Numbered from the stretch's first letter, positions 1 to 13,940 are shown. The stretch is 64,000 nt of DNA from Octopus bimaculoides (GCF_001194135.2 NC_068983.1:136147809-136211808); one strand, 5' to 3'. The notes: generated by a model from the sequence alone, not told the origin. Numbers and translations are program-made.

Positions 1-42
<42 letters not shown>

Positions 43-67
43 GCAGTAGTAGTAGTAGTAGTAGTAG
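1..67. repeat. (CTA)n followed by (TAG)n trinucleotide microsatellite
   Basis: Direct read: about 14 CTA units, then GCA, then TAG/GTA units; truncated by the window edge. Confidence 0.95.
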
Positions 68-1879
68 AGGATAACAAGCTAACAGAAATGATAGAACAAT
101 AGACTACATGTCTGGCAATATTTTATCTTTCTCGATTGTGAGTTTAAATCCCACCAGGTTTGATTTTGCATTTCATCTCTCCAGGGGTTGATAACAAATG
201 CCACTACTATATTGGAACAGATTCAATCGATTATGCTGTTTATTTCTCTCCCACCTTCCCACTCTCTTTCGCCTTCTCTCTTTCTATCTGTAAAAGAAAA
301 GAATAGCTTTGTGTCTAATCAGAATCATTATCATCATTATCTTTATTATTTATTCTTTCTATCTCAACTAAAGTGTAGTCTATTCAAAAAGAAATTCACT
401 ATTTATTGTTCTTTCCTCTTTTCAAGTTTAATAAAAATAAAATACTAATAAAGTTCTGGTATTGATATACTGGAGTATACCCCTCACACTAAAATTTGAG
501 GTTTTGTGCCTTTGGTTAGAATCATTATTCTCATTATTGAAGACATTTAGCATCTTCTAATGTTCTCAATCAAAAATATGCCAGAGTTCATAGAAAATGT
601 CGCAGTCAAAAACTGGAGGCCAACTTTATACTTTCTCCCAAATTCCTTGCCCTGTGTCAATGGTATAGACCATTATTGCTGTGGTAAATAGTCAAGGTGG
701 ATGAAGTAGTGGAAAGCTAGAGATGATTTGTACCATTTAGTTTAACGCTTTCCTGTTCTGACATAAAAATTATACCTTTTATCCTTGGAGGATAATGATT
801 CAAAACTGTTTTTACTTGTGGCACACTTTAGAGCAAATAAAAATAATTTAATATACTTTGTGTATAAAATTAAATATAGGTAATTTAAACTATATAAAAT
901 TATTAAATACTCACTTTATTATTCAATAATGAAACACAAATGTCAAAACCTTATATTTTGAATTTTAGTTTGTATTTTTCATTTTTAAAATATAATTTCC
1001 TTATTTCATGGTGCACCTAGCTCCTATATCTCACGGCACTCTATATGGGAATTGCTGTTTTATAATTTGATAATAAGTACTAGTAATATATTAGAATCAA
1101 TTTTGCCAACTTCCTACTAACCTAAACGAAGTATTAATTATTTAATTACTGTTGAAATTATGTAGTATTCAGAGAATGATAAGGCAAACAATGATAAATC
1201 CATTTATGGTAATAATAAAAAAAACAACAAAAACCATTAGCTTTAGTAATTAATGCTTTTACTATGTATTTCTGTTTCCTCAGACATTCCAAGTATGATA
1301 AATAAAACCACTGACATTAGCTATTGCCATATTGCAAGCACAAATTTCTTGCTGAAGATTGATTTTTACACAAGTATTACACTCAGCAACCCCCTAAATC
1401 AAATAAAGTAATAAGAGATAATTTCGCTTTATAGGAGAAATATTTCAACATCAGCATCATCATCTTCATAAATCATATTCAACACAATGATGATGGTGTT
1501 TATGAGCAACATTATTCAATCAGTATTCTTGCCTTGGCATTTATTAGATCCTAATTCAATACTTGTCTGCCAAGAATCTCAAGTGAGTCCTAAGGAAAGA
1601 CTCTCAAGTGTCAACCAAATTCACTTCATCTGTCTCTGTAGCTAACATAAGAGTCGTCGATTATACAGATATAGTGACAGACTAGATAACCATATAAATA
1701 CGATATGCTACTCTGTACTTTTATAGGACTACTATACTACAATGCAGAGCATACAATACAGTTCCAGAATAGAAAGAAATTTGGCACACCTGAAATGCTA
1801 AACCTACAGACTGACCCCAAAAATTTTATCAGATATTTTCCATCCGGTATTCTGTTTAAGCAGAGGTGATCAACAAGAT

Positions 1880-2252
1880 ATTCTTTTATTGGTTTAAGTC
1901 ATTTGACTGCAACCACGCTGGAGCACTGCCTTTATTCGAACAAATTGACCCCAGGATTTATTCTTTGTAAGCCTAGTACTTATTCTATCGGTCTCTTTTG
2001 CTGAACTGCTAAGTTACGGGGATGTAAACACACCAGCATCAGTTGTCAAGCGATGGCCAGGGGGACAAACACACACACACACACACATATATACGATGGG
2101 CTTCTTTTCAGTTTCCGTCTACCAAATCTACTCACAAGGCTTTGGTCAGCCCTAGGCTATAGTAAAAGACACTTACCCAAGGTGCCACGCAGTGGGACTG
2201 AACCCAGGACTATGTGGTTGGTAAGCAAGCTACTTATCACACAGCCACTCCT
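1880..2252 (-). mobile_element. tRNA-derived SINE, family A, near full length
   Basis: Reverse complement of the copies at 18694-19072 and 57333-57760: head GGCTGTGTG(G/A)TAAG...GGGTTCAGTCC (A/B-box-like), internal (CA/TA)n, tail CAGTCAAATGACT. Confidence 0.9.
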
Positions 2253-2777
2253 CATTATAAACTGTTACAGAGAGATTTTAAAATAAGAACAGCTACAAAT
2301 ATAATCCCATTCATGCAACAATTAGTTCTGGTAACCATCAAATTTCTTTCTTCAAGGTGCTTGAGCAGCTGATCATCATTTTTTGATCTTTCAAATCAAA
2401 GCAGCCTCTCACAGTAATCCTACGACATGATGTAACTTAGAGACAGTTAAGGCTACAATAAACTGGCAATATACAGAATGTAATGATGTTAGCTGTAATA
2501 TCCGTTCATAATATCACATGCATAAACCATTTCCCTATCCCCTACTTTCATTTGGACAACAATTTATTAATCCATTTGTCATTACTTTTTGTTAGGCCTT
2601 TGATCAACGATCACTTTAACCCAATACCTATTCTTCTGATATTACCCCAACTGTGAATGAATCTTATTTTTCAGGGTAGCTCTCGTCATCTCCCTGGTTT
2701 ATTTACCTTTATACCTTATATTATTTCAATTGGAGTGTTTTTGAAATGAACAATGGACATTATTATGCTGCATCATT

Positions 2778-2782
<5 letters not shown>

Positions 2783-2814
<32 letters not shown>

Positions 2815-2928
2815 NNNNNNNNNNNNNNNNNNNNNNNNNNNNNNNNNNNNNNNNNNNNNNNNNNNNNNNNNNNNNNNNNNNNNNNNNNNNNNNNNNNNNN
2901 NNNNNNNNNNNNNNNNNNNNNNNNNNNN

Positions 2929-2991
<63 letters not shown>
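2783..2991. repeat. (TA)n, assembly gap (2815-2928), (GA)n
   Basis: Direct read. Confidence 0.95.
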
Positions 2992-2993
<2 letters not shown>

Positions 2994-3454
2994 TTGAATT
3001 ATTTAATTTGCAAGAATTTTGATCTGAAACTATGTATTGAAACTAATACTGTTACATTTGGGAAGAGTCATAATTAATAAATTTTCTTTTTCCAAAGCAG
3101 TTGATGTTTGTTTTGTGTCACCCCAAATATTTTCCCTACACCAATCTGTAGCTTCCTCAATGGGTGTACTTTTCTCATTTTAAATTCTTACTTTATTTTT
3201 TGCTTTAGATTTCACTGATTTTATTGCTGTTACATATCTATAGTTCATATGCTTATTATAGAGATGTAACAAGCAATAAAACCAGTTGAAAACCAAGCAC
3301 TTAAAAAAGAAAACGATGAACATCTATGTAGTGAAAAATATTTTGGGGGACATAGACAAACATCAATGCTTTGGAAAAAGGAAAAGAAGTGAAATTTAGA
3401 CAAACAATGAGTGAATGTGTTTATAGGCTTTATCAATTATGATTCTTCCAAAAT

Positions 3455-3650
3455 ATAAAATCATTACCATTTAAAATCTGCTTTCCATGCTGGTATGGGT
3501 TGGAAAGTTTGATAGGATTCAACAAGCTGTAAGTCTGTGTCAAGTCCCAATGTCAGCTTTGGCATGGTCTCTATGGCTGAATGCCTTTCCAAATGCCAAC
3601 CACTCTACAGAGTGTATTTGGTGCTTTTTTCACTAGTGAGGTTGCCAAGT
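3455..3650 (-). mobile_element. SINE family C 3' part (RTE-like tail)
   Basis: TTTCCATGCTGGTATGGGTTGGA...GCCTTTCCAAATGCCAACCAC matches 19851-20146 and 32190-32373. Confidence 0.7.
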
Positions 3651-4668
3651 AACTTGCAAGGCAAGAAAAGAAGGGAACAGGAAAAAAAGGAGAAAAACAG
3701 GGGGTGAGGTAGTGAAAGAAGGAAAAGCCTCCTTAACTGTATGGGTATTTGAGAGAGGGAAGGTTCTGTGCAGGTGTTGAGAGGCCAAAGTGTGATGGAA
3801 GAACAAGCCCAGGTGGCTTGTAATAGAGATATGAAGCTGAGTAGTTGGAAAGCTGGAGAAAAGGCAGAAGTGGTAGTAGGATGCTTGAGCATTTCAAAAT
3901 ACAGTGGATTGGTGGTGATGGTGGTGGGGAACAGTATATAACAATGTGTGTGTGTGTGTGTGTGTATCTTTGTACAAGGGTAGAACTTTTTTAAACTTGC
4001 AAGCTTCAACACATTTATCCACTATACTATTAGACAGAATAAAATGTGGTGTAACAATCAAAAAGATGCTAATCCTATTAATAATTCATTTTAAGACCAA
4101 CAATTTATCAGAAATGGTAGAGAACCAGACATATTTTTTACATTATTTAGTTTTATCCCTCCATGTTCTGAGTTCAAATTAATACTGAGATTAATTTAGT
4201 CAACAACCTCTTGAAAAACTTGGCTTCATGTCTAATCAAAAGGAGTCATTATTGTTATTAACTAACAAACAGAATGTTAATTAATATTACACAAAATATT
4301 TTGAAAAATTTTAAAGATTGTGGTTAGTAAAGCAAGACTGGATCCAGGCAATTTCTTTAAGTTCAAACATGAAAAGTGGTCAATTACATCAGAGTTCAAA
4401 TAGTTTCTAATCAACTGTCATATTTTCAGCATACATTTGCCAGCACTTGAAATCCATTTAATTTCCAAACTCATTTATTAGTCATTGAATTTATACCCCA
4501 TAATTTGAGAAGAAATTGTGTAGTCATCAAGCCTGTTTGAACATCTCATCTTTTTTTCAGATATATTTAGAACTACATTAACCAGTATATTCTTCCTTTT
4601 ATAAAACAGTACGATGTATTTTGAATAAGATTTGGTTGCTAATTCTAGCATGTCAGGTGACAACTTAA

Positions 4669-4720
4669 ATGCTCCCTCATTGGCTGAAGGAGAACAAAGG
4701 AGTAGTGTTGTTCTGCATTG
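4669..4720 (+). CDS. Candidate exon 1 of a spliced unit (MLPHWLKENKGVVLFCI), product unknown
   Basis: ATG at 4669, open frame to donor G|GTAAGA at 4721; phase matches the next candidate exon. Could equally be non-coding/UTR. Confidence 0.3.
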
Positions 4721-4845
4721 GTAAGAGTCAATACATTAATAAATAAAAACTCTTTTTGTTTTTTGACACCCTTGAACTCTGCTTTATTAGTAAATCACCA
4801 TTTGTTCATTCTATAGATTACCTTTAACTTTTTATTCTTCTCCAG

Positions 4846-4906
4846 TTACTAGAGGTTCTCTGCAGTCACTGATTCTGTTTCAAAAGTGTGATGCTGTAAG
4901 GTTTTG
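4846..4906 (+). CDS. Candidate exon 2 (VTRGSLQSLILFQKCDAVRF), product unknown
   Basis: Acceptor TTTTTATTCTTCTCCAG| and donor TTG|GTAAGT; the only open frame is the one continuing exon 1 across a 125-nt intron. Confidence 0.35.
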
Positions 4907-5002
4907 GTAAGTCATGGTGGGCATTTATATGCTAGTGCTTAGTTCTAGATTCTTTGTGTAAATTAAATAACAGAGATAAATTTCTGAATTTAGGCAAACT
5001 AA

Positions 5003-5140
5003 AGCAGGCATGGCTGTGAGGTAAAGAACTTTGCTTAGCAACTTGTTTCAAGTTCATTCTCACTGCATGGCACCTTGTGCAACTTAATTTTACCATAGCC
5101 TCAGGTAGACTTAAGCACTGAGAATGAAATTTGCATTGTG
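5003..5140 (+). mobile_element. SINE family A 5' head, decayed
   Basis: GCAGGCATGGCTGTGAGGTAAAG...CACTGCATGGCACCTTG aligns to the family A head. Confidence 0.7.
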
Positions 5141-5687
5141 TGGAAGACCATCAAAGAAACTATTTATGTTCTTCAGTAAACAGACTTAATCCACCACCCA
5201 GTTTAACACCACCTTTGATCCTTGGGTGCTTCAAGTAGAACCAATCTGTTGCAAGAATTTGTGCCAGGTTTCTGGTCTGAGAATAACTTCCTTCCTCCCA
5301 CAAGTCATAACAAGGGTTATGGGTGTTGCCCTTTTGCTTCTGACTAAGCCATGTATAACTATGGTCAATTAAGTGCACCATTCAAATATACATGAAGCAA
5401 CTGCAGCAGAGTTGAACTCAAACTATTTGAGGTGGTAATTCAAAGAATTCAAAGAAGAAACAATGAAAATAAATAATTATAAATTGAATCAGTCGATATT
5501 ATTCAGAACTGGTAACCAAATAAGTTGCAGTGAACTGCTTATTGGTGATGAGTATATCATAGTGTGTGAAACTAAACTGAAATTAGCTAGCTTTCACACC
5601 GGCTCTCTTAAACACAATTACATGTGTTTCTTTAACATCTCATATGACAAGCCATCAATCACAAACCTAGCTCACATGTTTCTATGA

Positions 5688-5731
<44 letters not shown>

Positions 5732-6439
5732 GTGTGTGTGTATATGTGACTGTATATGTATTTATGAAATGACTATGATGTAATTTAAAATAGACATGCA
5801 CATATGGGTATATATGCATACATATAAACACACACACATACACACGTGTATGTGTGTATGTGTAACAGAGAGGAAAAAATATGATACATTACAGTCTATA
5901 TATAATATTACTTGTTTGTATGTATGGTTTCAGCCATTGGACTACAGCCATGCTGGGTACCAATTTAAGGTCCACTCAATCATAACAACTCCGGTATCTA
6001 TTGCAGTCTGGTATATTTTATCAATTTGTATTTGTTGAACCGTTGTATTAAGGTTCATAAACTACCACAACAGTTTTTAAGTGGTATAAACAGAGATGTG
6101 GACTCAGACACATAGAGACAGACATACACACACACACATACATGTATGGAGACTGACTGGATTCCACATTTCTGTCAACTAAATTTCAATACACAAGGCA
6201 TTGGAGAATGCTAAGGCATTGATCAATCTGAAGCTATAGTAGAAAGTACTTGATCAAGGCCATCTATAGATATGGAGATAGGTATATATAACTGCACATC
6301 CAAACAAAATGCATGCAAATGATGCTTATTTCCATAGAGATAATCAGATATAAATACACTCACATACATATGTATACATATGCTTCTGATATATATATAT
6401 ATATATATATATAAGCATGCATAAACACGCATACCCATA

Positions 6440-7428
6440 CATGATGATTGCTTCATTTTGACAGATGATAGCCATCTCTGATTAATCTACATCATCCCAA
6501 TAATCTCCATTTTGCTGGTGTGCTCTGAGATGACCTTTAAGAGAAGCAGTTGACCTGCAAGGCTTGAAACCTGTGTAACATATAGGATTCAAAACTTCTG
6601 CAGGGTTTATGGAGCTCATAGTATAGTAATCTTACTCACATTCATGTGCCATTTCAAACCAGAGTGGCTCCAACAGATTTTCTGCATATTATACATACTA
6701 CCATAAAAAGGTGGAGAATTATTGTTAAATGCAACTTGATTTCACAAATTACTGTGTGATTTCATGTGGCTCATGTAGTCAGCTTTTGACAGGATATGTT
6801 GGTCACAAATACTGCATTTCCAATTTTTAATCTCATTTGGTGCATCTGTGATTCCTCCTTTTCTCAAAGTACATTTTAAATGTGCATGCTGCTGTTTGGC
6901 TAGCTCAAAGCTAATGCATGCTGTATTTTGGTTCAAGCTAGCAATACTTTCCTATCTATCAGTCACTTTCTCTTCTCAGAACTGAACATCTATTTTCAAT
7001 TTCACTAAATTAACATTCCTTGTATCATTTCTTCAGTTTATGTTGTAGCCATTTACCCAGATTGTAATATCTCTATCTAACCATGACTTTTCCTTAAGTT
7101 TGCCAAGTGCAGAACTTGCTTTTTTTGAATTTCATATAATTTCAGAATTCAGGTTGCAATCTCTAGATAGGGTACTTCCCAATTATGGAAATGTATCCAC
7201 CACACATAATCTTGTGTTTCTCACATAGATATTAGGCTCCATATTCACCAGGTGCCAGCATGGACATTGCTTTGGCATATTTTAAACTTATAGTTAGACC
7301 AAAGACATTGCATAAAGCAGAAAATCTGTCCACATTGACCTGCACATATTTTGTATGTGCTACAAAGTCAATATTGTCTGCATACAAAAGTTCTCTAATT
7401 AGAACCAGAAAAGTCTTCGATTTACTAT
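6440..7428 (-). mobile_element. 5'-truncated, decayed RTE (BovB-like) LINE: RT C-terminal half, thumb, three C2H2 fingers, (CAT)n tail
   Basis: Minus translation LIRELLYADN...FGLTISLKYAKAM, then VVDTFP*LGSTLSRD, then CSICDQHILSKADYMSHMKSH and two more finger-like motifs; multiple stops and frameshifts. Confidence 0.88.
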
Positions 7429-7672
7429 TGATATATTGTAAATATAAACACACACAAACACACTCACTCAAAGAAACATATATAAGTACGTGTGTGTATA
7501 AAGATCCATACACATATATATACACATATAAAGACATATAAATACATATGTATACAAATATATTTAAATTGGAGTGTGCACAAAAATAGATACCTGCTTG
7601 TGTACTTCTAAAAATCCTCACTGTAGGATTGTACATGTGGATAGGTGTAGTAGGTAGGTAAATGCTTGTGTA

Positions 7673-7724
<52 letters not shown>

Positions 7725-9554
7725 GATCTGCAAACACACACACACACACACACGTACATTTCTTTATATGTATGTGTGTGTATATATAAATATATGCATA
7801 TGTATGGGAATGTAAGAATATGGATTTGACTAGGAGATTATTAAATCAGCTTGGAAATAAGAAGGGTTGGTGGTAAGAAGGGCATCTGGCCTTTGAAACT
7901 CTGCTTCAACACATTCTCATCTGATCCATGCAAGCAGGAAAAAGTAGACATCAAAATTATGATGATGATGATGATGGTACTCTGCAAAAATCTACTGAGT
8001 GATCGTTTAATTTAATGTTCAGCTGTTTTTACATATAAATTTACATAAAAACAAACATTCACACACACACAAGAATTTTAGATATACATATATGTGCTTT
8101 AATCATGATTAAAAATTTTTATGAATTGTTGGTGCATGTGTTTTCTACTTGAATGCCAATTCTCTCACCAATCACTCAACCGTGAATTGGGGAAAGATAT
8201 GTATTTCTTTTAGTTTAGCTTAACATGTTGAGCCAAATAGTTCCGCATGTGCATGTATGTACATTTCTCTGTGTATGTGCTTGCATTGATATGAGCATGC
8301 TTGAATGTGTACATGTATGTGTATATCTGCATAATTATGTGCACATGGATATAATTTTGTCTGGGAGATTTTATCCATGTGTGTGCATGTGTGCGTGTGT
8401 GTGTACTGTACATATGTATGTGTATAATGCAATTTATATATATATATTTCAAGATTCATATACTAAACACTTTATAGATATGTTGCATATTCATACATTG
8501 CAACATGCACAAAAATCATTTCAAACTATGCAGTGTCTGCCTGAAACTCTGAAGAACAATATTAACAACAGGAACAAGGTCAAACCACCACCACCACCAC
8601 CACCACCACCACCACCACCAGTTATAACAACAGCAACAACAACAACAACAAAATACATATATAATCTAATAAAGGTNNNNNNNNNNNNNNNNNNNNNNNN
8701 NNNNNNNNNNNNNNNNNNNNNNNNNNNNNNNNNNNNNAGGTCATTATATATATATCAATTGAAGCCATAGTACAATCAATGATGCCTTAGAAATTACTAG
8801 GAAATCAATAACACAAAAATAAGGTAAAAAATAAAATGTACATAGTAGTTAGACAAGCAGCAAAGAGGTATTTCATGCAAAAAGAAGAATTTGTTTTTCT
8901 GATATTTTTCTCAAAACATTTGCCTCCCTCGGAAAAATTCTGAACAAAAATCTAACATAGATGTACAGTTATTTGTCCTGACAACTCTGTTTCTATGTTG
9001 TTATTGCAAAAGAATGAGACAGTATTCAAATGAATGGATACCTCAACTGCATATGAATGAATGAGGAGAGAGAGAGGGGGGGGGCAGCAACAGAAGACAG
9101 ACATAAAGAAAATGTTATTGGGATAAGGAAGAATGAACAAAAAAGTGACAAAGTGATAGACAAGATGGGGGGAAGAGAGAGAATAAATAGAGAGTATGAG
9201 AAGACTATCAAAAAGACCATCACTAACATTAAGTGGGAGAAGGAAAAGGAGAGAAAGACAGAGACAGACAGAATCAGAAAGAGAGGTACTGAAGTGTAAA
9301 AGAAAAGGACATTTGTTTGGAAGGTAGTTGGAGTAGCACCCTGATCCTACCTAACTGGCAGTTTCTCATCTCTTTGTGGGTAGGTTGTTTTGTATACTAA
9401 ATATTTTACCTGTATTAATATATTCTACATTACATTTTTTTTGTCCCATTACCTATTTATATATTATACATATATGTACAAACCTACACATTTTGCAACT
9501 CTATTTGTGTATTTCGTAATGATGATGATGATGATGTAGCGTCCCTTGTAACCA

Positions 9555-9730
9555 ATTATGGAACTGGTGGAATTATTAACATGTCAGGCAAAATGCTTAG
9601 TGGCAGTTTGTCCTTTACATCTTAGGTCCAAATTCCATTGAGGTTAACTTTGCTTTTCTTCCTTTTGGGGGGTCAATATAATTGACTTTTCAATCCCTCA
9701 AAGTTGCTGGCCTTATGCCAAAATAAAAAG
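9555..9730 (+). mobile_element. SINE family B (Nin-domain type)
   Basis: GGCAAAATGCTTAG...TCAAATTCC...ACTTTGCTTTTCTTCCTTTTGGGGGGTCAAT...GCTGGCCTTATGCCAAAA. Confidence 0.75.
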
Positions 9731-9859
9731 GATTATTATCATTATTAAGGTGGCAAACTGGCAGATTTAGTTTAGCAATAACTGGTAGAGGGTAAGAGCA
9801 ATGAAATTCTCAGGGAAACTACAAGAGAATGAACTAGATTCAGAGGACTTTCAGGCCTG

Positions 9860-10221
9860 GGACTATTATGGTTACCCCAAGTAAATTTGTCAAAAGGTGA
9901 GTGACTGTGGCAAAAATTGTCAGGGTTAATGGAACTACTCAAAGCATGCATCTGTAGATTAGAGAATGACAGATGGGGGAGGGTTTGTGTCTTTGACAGT
10001 CAAGGCAGTCCTGGATTTGTGGGGTTCTTTGATTGACCCTAGTTGGAGGCTCTCCTGTATTAAGAGAACTCATCATCCATGTGTTTACAGATTTTGTATA
10101 CTTTGAATGCTTTTAAACTCATCTCCTCCTCCTCATCTTTTTATGTAAGCCTGCACAGAAATTGTTAACTGTCCTTTTAATGTTCTCCTCATCTGATGCC
10201 TCTGTGGCAAATAAAAGAAAA

Positions 10222-10222
<1 letters not shown>
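9860..10222 (+). mobile_element. L1/Tx1-like LINE 3' end (ORF2 terminus plus 3' UTR)
   Basis: KFVKR*VTVAKIVRVNGTTQSMHL* aligns with ERWMKVVRMLRVT...CL* at 45.8 kb (minus); ends in the shared tail GTGGCAAATAAAAGAAA before (TAC)n. Clade assignment is from recall. Confidence 0.6.
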
Positions 10223-10256
<34 letters not shown>

Positions 10257-10896
10257 TTGATAAACACCATTGATTGCTTTTACATTACTTTGGAGTTCAT
10301 TAACTGCTTCTGTTTTCTCTTTACTTACACTTCAAGAATCGATTTCCCAACATTCCGCATGATTTTGATTTCATTAGTGAGGGCAGTGAATTGGCAAAAA
10401 TGATGGAGTGTCAGATTGAATGCCTTGAATCATTTTGTGTTTTTTAACAATATTCTGAGTTCAAACACCACCAGCAAACAGGATCTTTCCAAATGGCCCA
10501 TGAATATGTCCAATCTTAGATGAACCTCAAAATTTCTTGCATCCTCTGGATAGTGCTCCTGTTGTTGATGTGCTTTTCACCAACCATCTACTATTTTTCA
10601 GTTAGATGCACTTATCCCCTATTTCATAATCATTCTGCACAGTATTTCTTTTCTCTTAGTTTGCCAGAAGATTCATTAGTTCCGGGTTTTCAGTTTGCAC
10701 AACTGTAAAAATTAAGGTTCTTTTGAGGGTTGGGTTAATGAAACAATGATTAAGTGCATCTTATCATAATTAGTGTTTGGCACATTTCATTTCATTATTC
10801 ATTGAATACCTAAGGTTTGAGGCCCTCTATATATTTAAAAGTTAACGTTCTTTTGAGGGTTGGGTAATATAAAATACCAACGTTTCTTGAACTCTG

Positions 10897-11030
10897 ACTG
10901 GCATGTGGCTCAGTGGTTAGGGTATTGGACTGATGATTGTAAGATTGTGGTTTCAGTTCCTGGGTCAGGTGATGCGTTGTGTTCTTGAACAAAATACTTC
11001 ATTTCATGTTGCTCCAGTCCATTCAGGGGG
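10897..11030 (+). mobile_element. tRNA-derived SINE head, family D
   Basis: TGGCTCAGTGGTTAG (A box) ... GTTCTTGAACAAAATACTT...GCTCCAGTCCATTCAG; related copy at 37218-37343 (minus). Confidence 0.7.
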
Positions 11031-11905
11031 TTAATATATGCACTACAGAAACTGAGAAACTGGCCCAATGAATCTAAATGACTAGGGAAGGATTTTTATC
11101 CTTATCCTATTCTGAACTCTGAGAGGTTTTTTTTTTTTATTGGTCATAGCACAACCTTGGTTTCATACGGTTAAGTAGATGAGAGATAAGTCATGCTCTG
11201 AACAGGATGCTGGTCTATTCAAATCTATTTTGTACCAGTTAGCAACAGTTAAATGAACTGAAGAAATGTACAGTAAAATGTTTTACTCTAAAGCATATAT
11301 ATATAGAGACTTGAACTCATAACCTTTGAGCATGTAGCCCAATAGTTCATCCACTTGCTATCTTGCCATTTTATCGAGAACATATTAATTAGATCAAACA
11401 AAAATAAAACTTCAGTATGAGTTTATAAGAGGTTATTATTTTTTTATATAACAAATGAGAAAACAGTGACATCATTATCATATAATGATGTTGTCATTAT
11501 ATGATAATGAATAGTGAGGGTGGACAACACAGGACTGCAGCTAATTTATCAACTTATAGCAACAACTCACTACAAATACATTACAGGAAGTGCATGGGAT
11601 CTTTGCTTTTATTTAAATATTCACTTTCAACTATTAGACTAAAATCTATCATAATGTTGTCAATGAAAATGCACAGTCATCATCTCTACATTTTCATCTT
11701 CACTGTGAACAAGTCAGGGTAAATGGTTCAAAGGATTGAAGACATCTTATATTTAATTCATATTATATAAAGAAAACATTAATGTAGTTTCCTGTGTTAC
11801 TTTGTTGGACTAACAGAAAAAAAAAATGATATTAATGCAGTTAAGAACAATGAAGTGCTGAATACATCTTGCTGTTTTATTGTAGGGAATGTTACAAGGT
11901 TCATT

Positions 11906-12583
<678 letters not shown>

Positions 12584-13940
12584 TCATTATATCCCTGAAG
12601 ATGTGTATATATACATACATGTATGCACATAATACAATTAAACACAAATTTTATTTGTGTTTCTGCATGGCTCCCTGTAAACAAAAATAAACATGGCTAC
12701 TCTGAGTAAGCAAAATGAATAAGTAAATGCTGTAAAGTGGGGTTACTAAAAGTCATCTTTATACATTTCTGTTGAAGGATGTGAATTGGCAGATTCAGTA
12801 GATAGTATTATAGACAGATAATATCTATCTATCAACTGAATCTGCCAGTCTCTCGCTTTCTCTCTGCATATGTGTGTGTGTGTGTGTGTGTATCTCACCC
12901 ACACATACACACACAGATGTATGTATACATATTGAGGAACAGAGAGAAAGAGAATGGTCAAAAAAGAGTATGATGATATTGTGATATGAAAGTGGAAAAG
13001 ATAATTGAAACAAATGCAATTAATTGTTAAAGTTAACACAAATGATTGACCTGGGCCAGCTCTGGCCAAAAACTATATAAGTATCTATTTTAGGATTAAC
13101 TACTGGAAACTATACATATTTAGTGAAAAACTTCAGCTAATTATTTTTGAAACATATAAGTGAATTTCCCTTGGGTTCTTAAGACATTTTTTCATAGTAA
13201 TTGAAGACTGGATACAAAGTAAGTTATCTCTCATTGTCTTTTGCAAACCCTTTGAAAAATATGAACCCAGTACTGTGAGCTAGCAAAACATTTACAAATT
13301 ATTCAGAGCCCCTTCTGCTTGCTAGAGAGAATTTTAACAATTTATATCATCTATCTACTTGAGTGGGTTATTGAAAGTTAAATTCCTTGGCTATGGATAT
13401 AGCATAGTTGTAGGTCATCACTATTAACTAGACTCACTGTAAAGCTTGCAGAGCTAAATAGAGAATACCAATTAAGTATCTAATCTAAATACTTAATACC
13501 TGGACTAAGCTGTAAGCCAATATTATGGAGAAATATTATTAATTCTTCAGTGAAAAGGAACAAACAACAATGTAGTTACAATATATTTGCTATAAGTTCA
13601 CTTAAATAAGAAATAATAGAGAAATATAAATGGTGCATGCAGATTATAGCTCTAGGCTTTGAAGCTGAAATCATCATGTTATCAGATGAGTTAAATAAAT
13701 AGAAAGCAAACAAGTGTGAAAGGCATGTCTCAGAAATCTACCTTTACTAAACATAACTAATTTGGCATCTAGGTGCATTCCTTATGCACGATTGTAGTTA
13801 TGGTGTTACAGGTATTCTATTTTTGGTTAAGCTGGTAAGAGTGTTTCAATGACAGCTTTGACTAGTTACAGCACATGAAAAGTTTTTCTTTTAGTAACTT
13901 CACTGCTTCATTACATACAATCAAAGTTGCTTTGGCAGCG

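Noticed and set aside
6742-6936. C2H2 finger ORF as a host zinc-finger gene
   Set aside because: It is contiguous and co-oriented with RTE reverse-transcriptase remnants and a LINE tail, with stops on both sides.
10520-10708. Signal-peptide-like ORF MNLKISCILWIVLLLLMCFSP
   Set aside because: Only 62 aa, hydrophobicity is expected from T-rich DNA, and there is no supporting exon structure or recognisable mature domain.
10897-10975. tRNA genes at A/B-box motifs here and at other SINE heads
   Set aside because: No complete cloverleaf; each runs into a SINE body.
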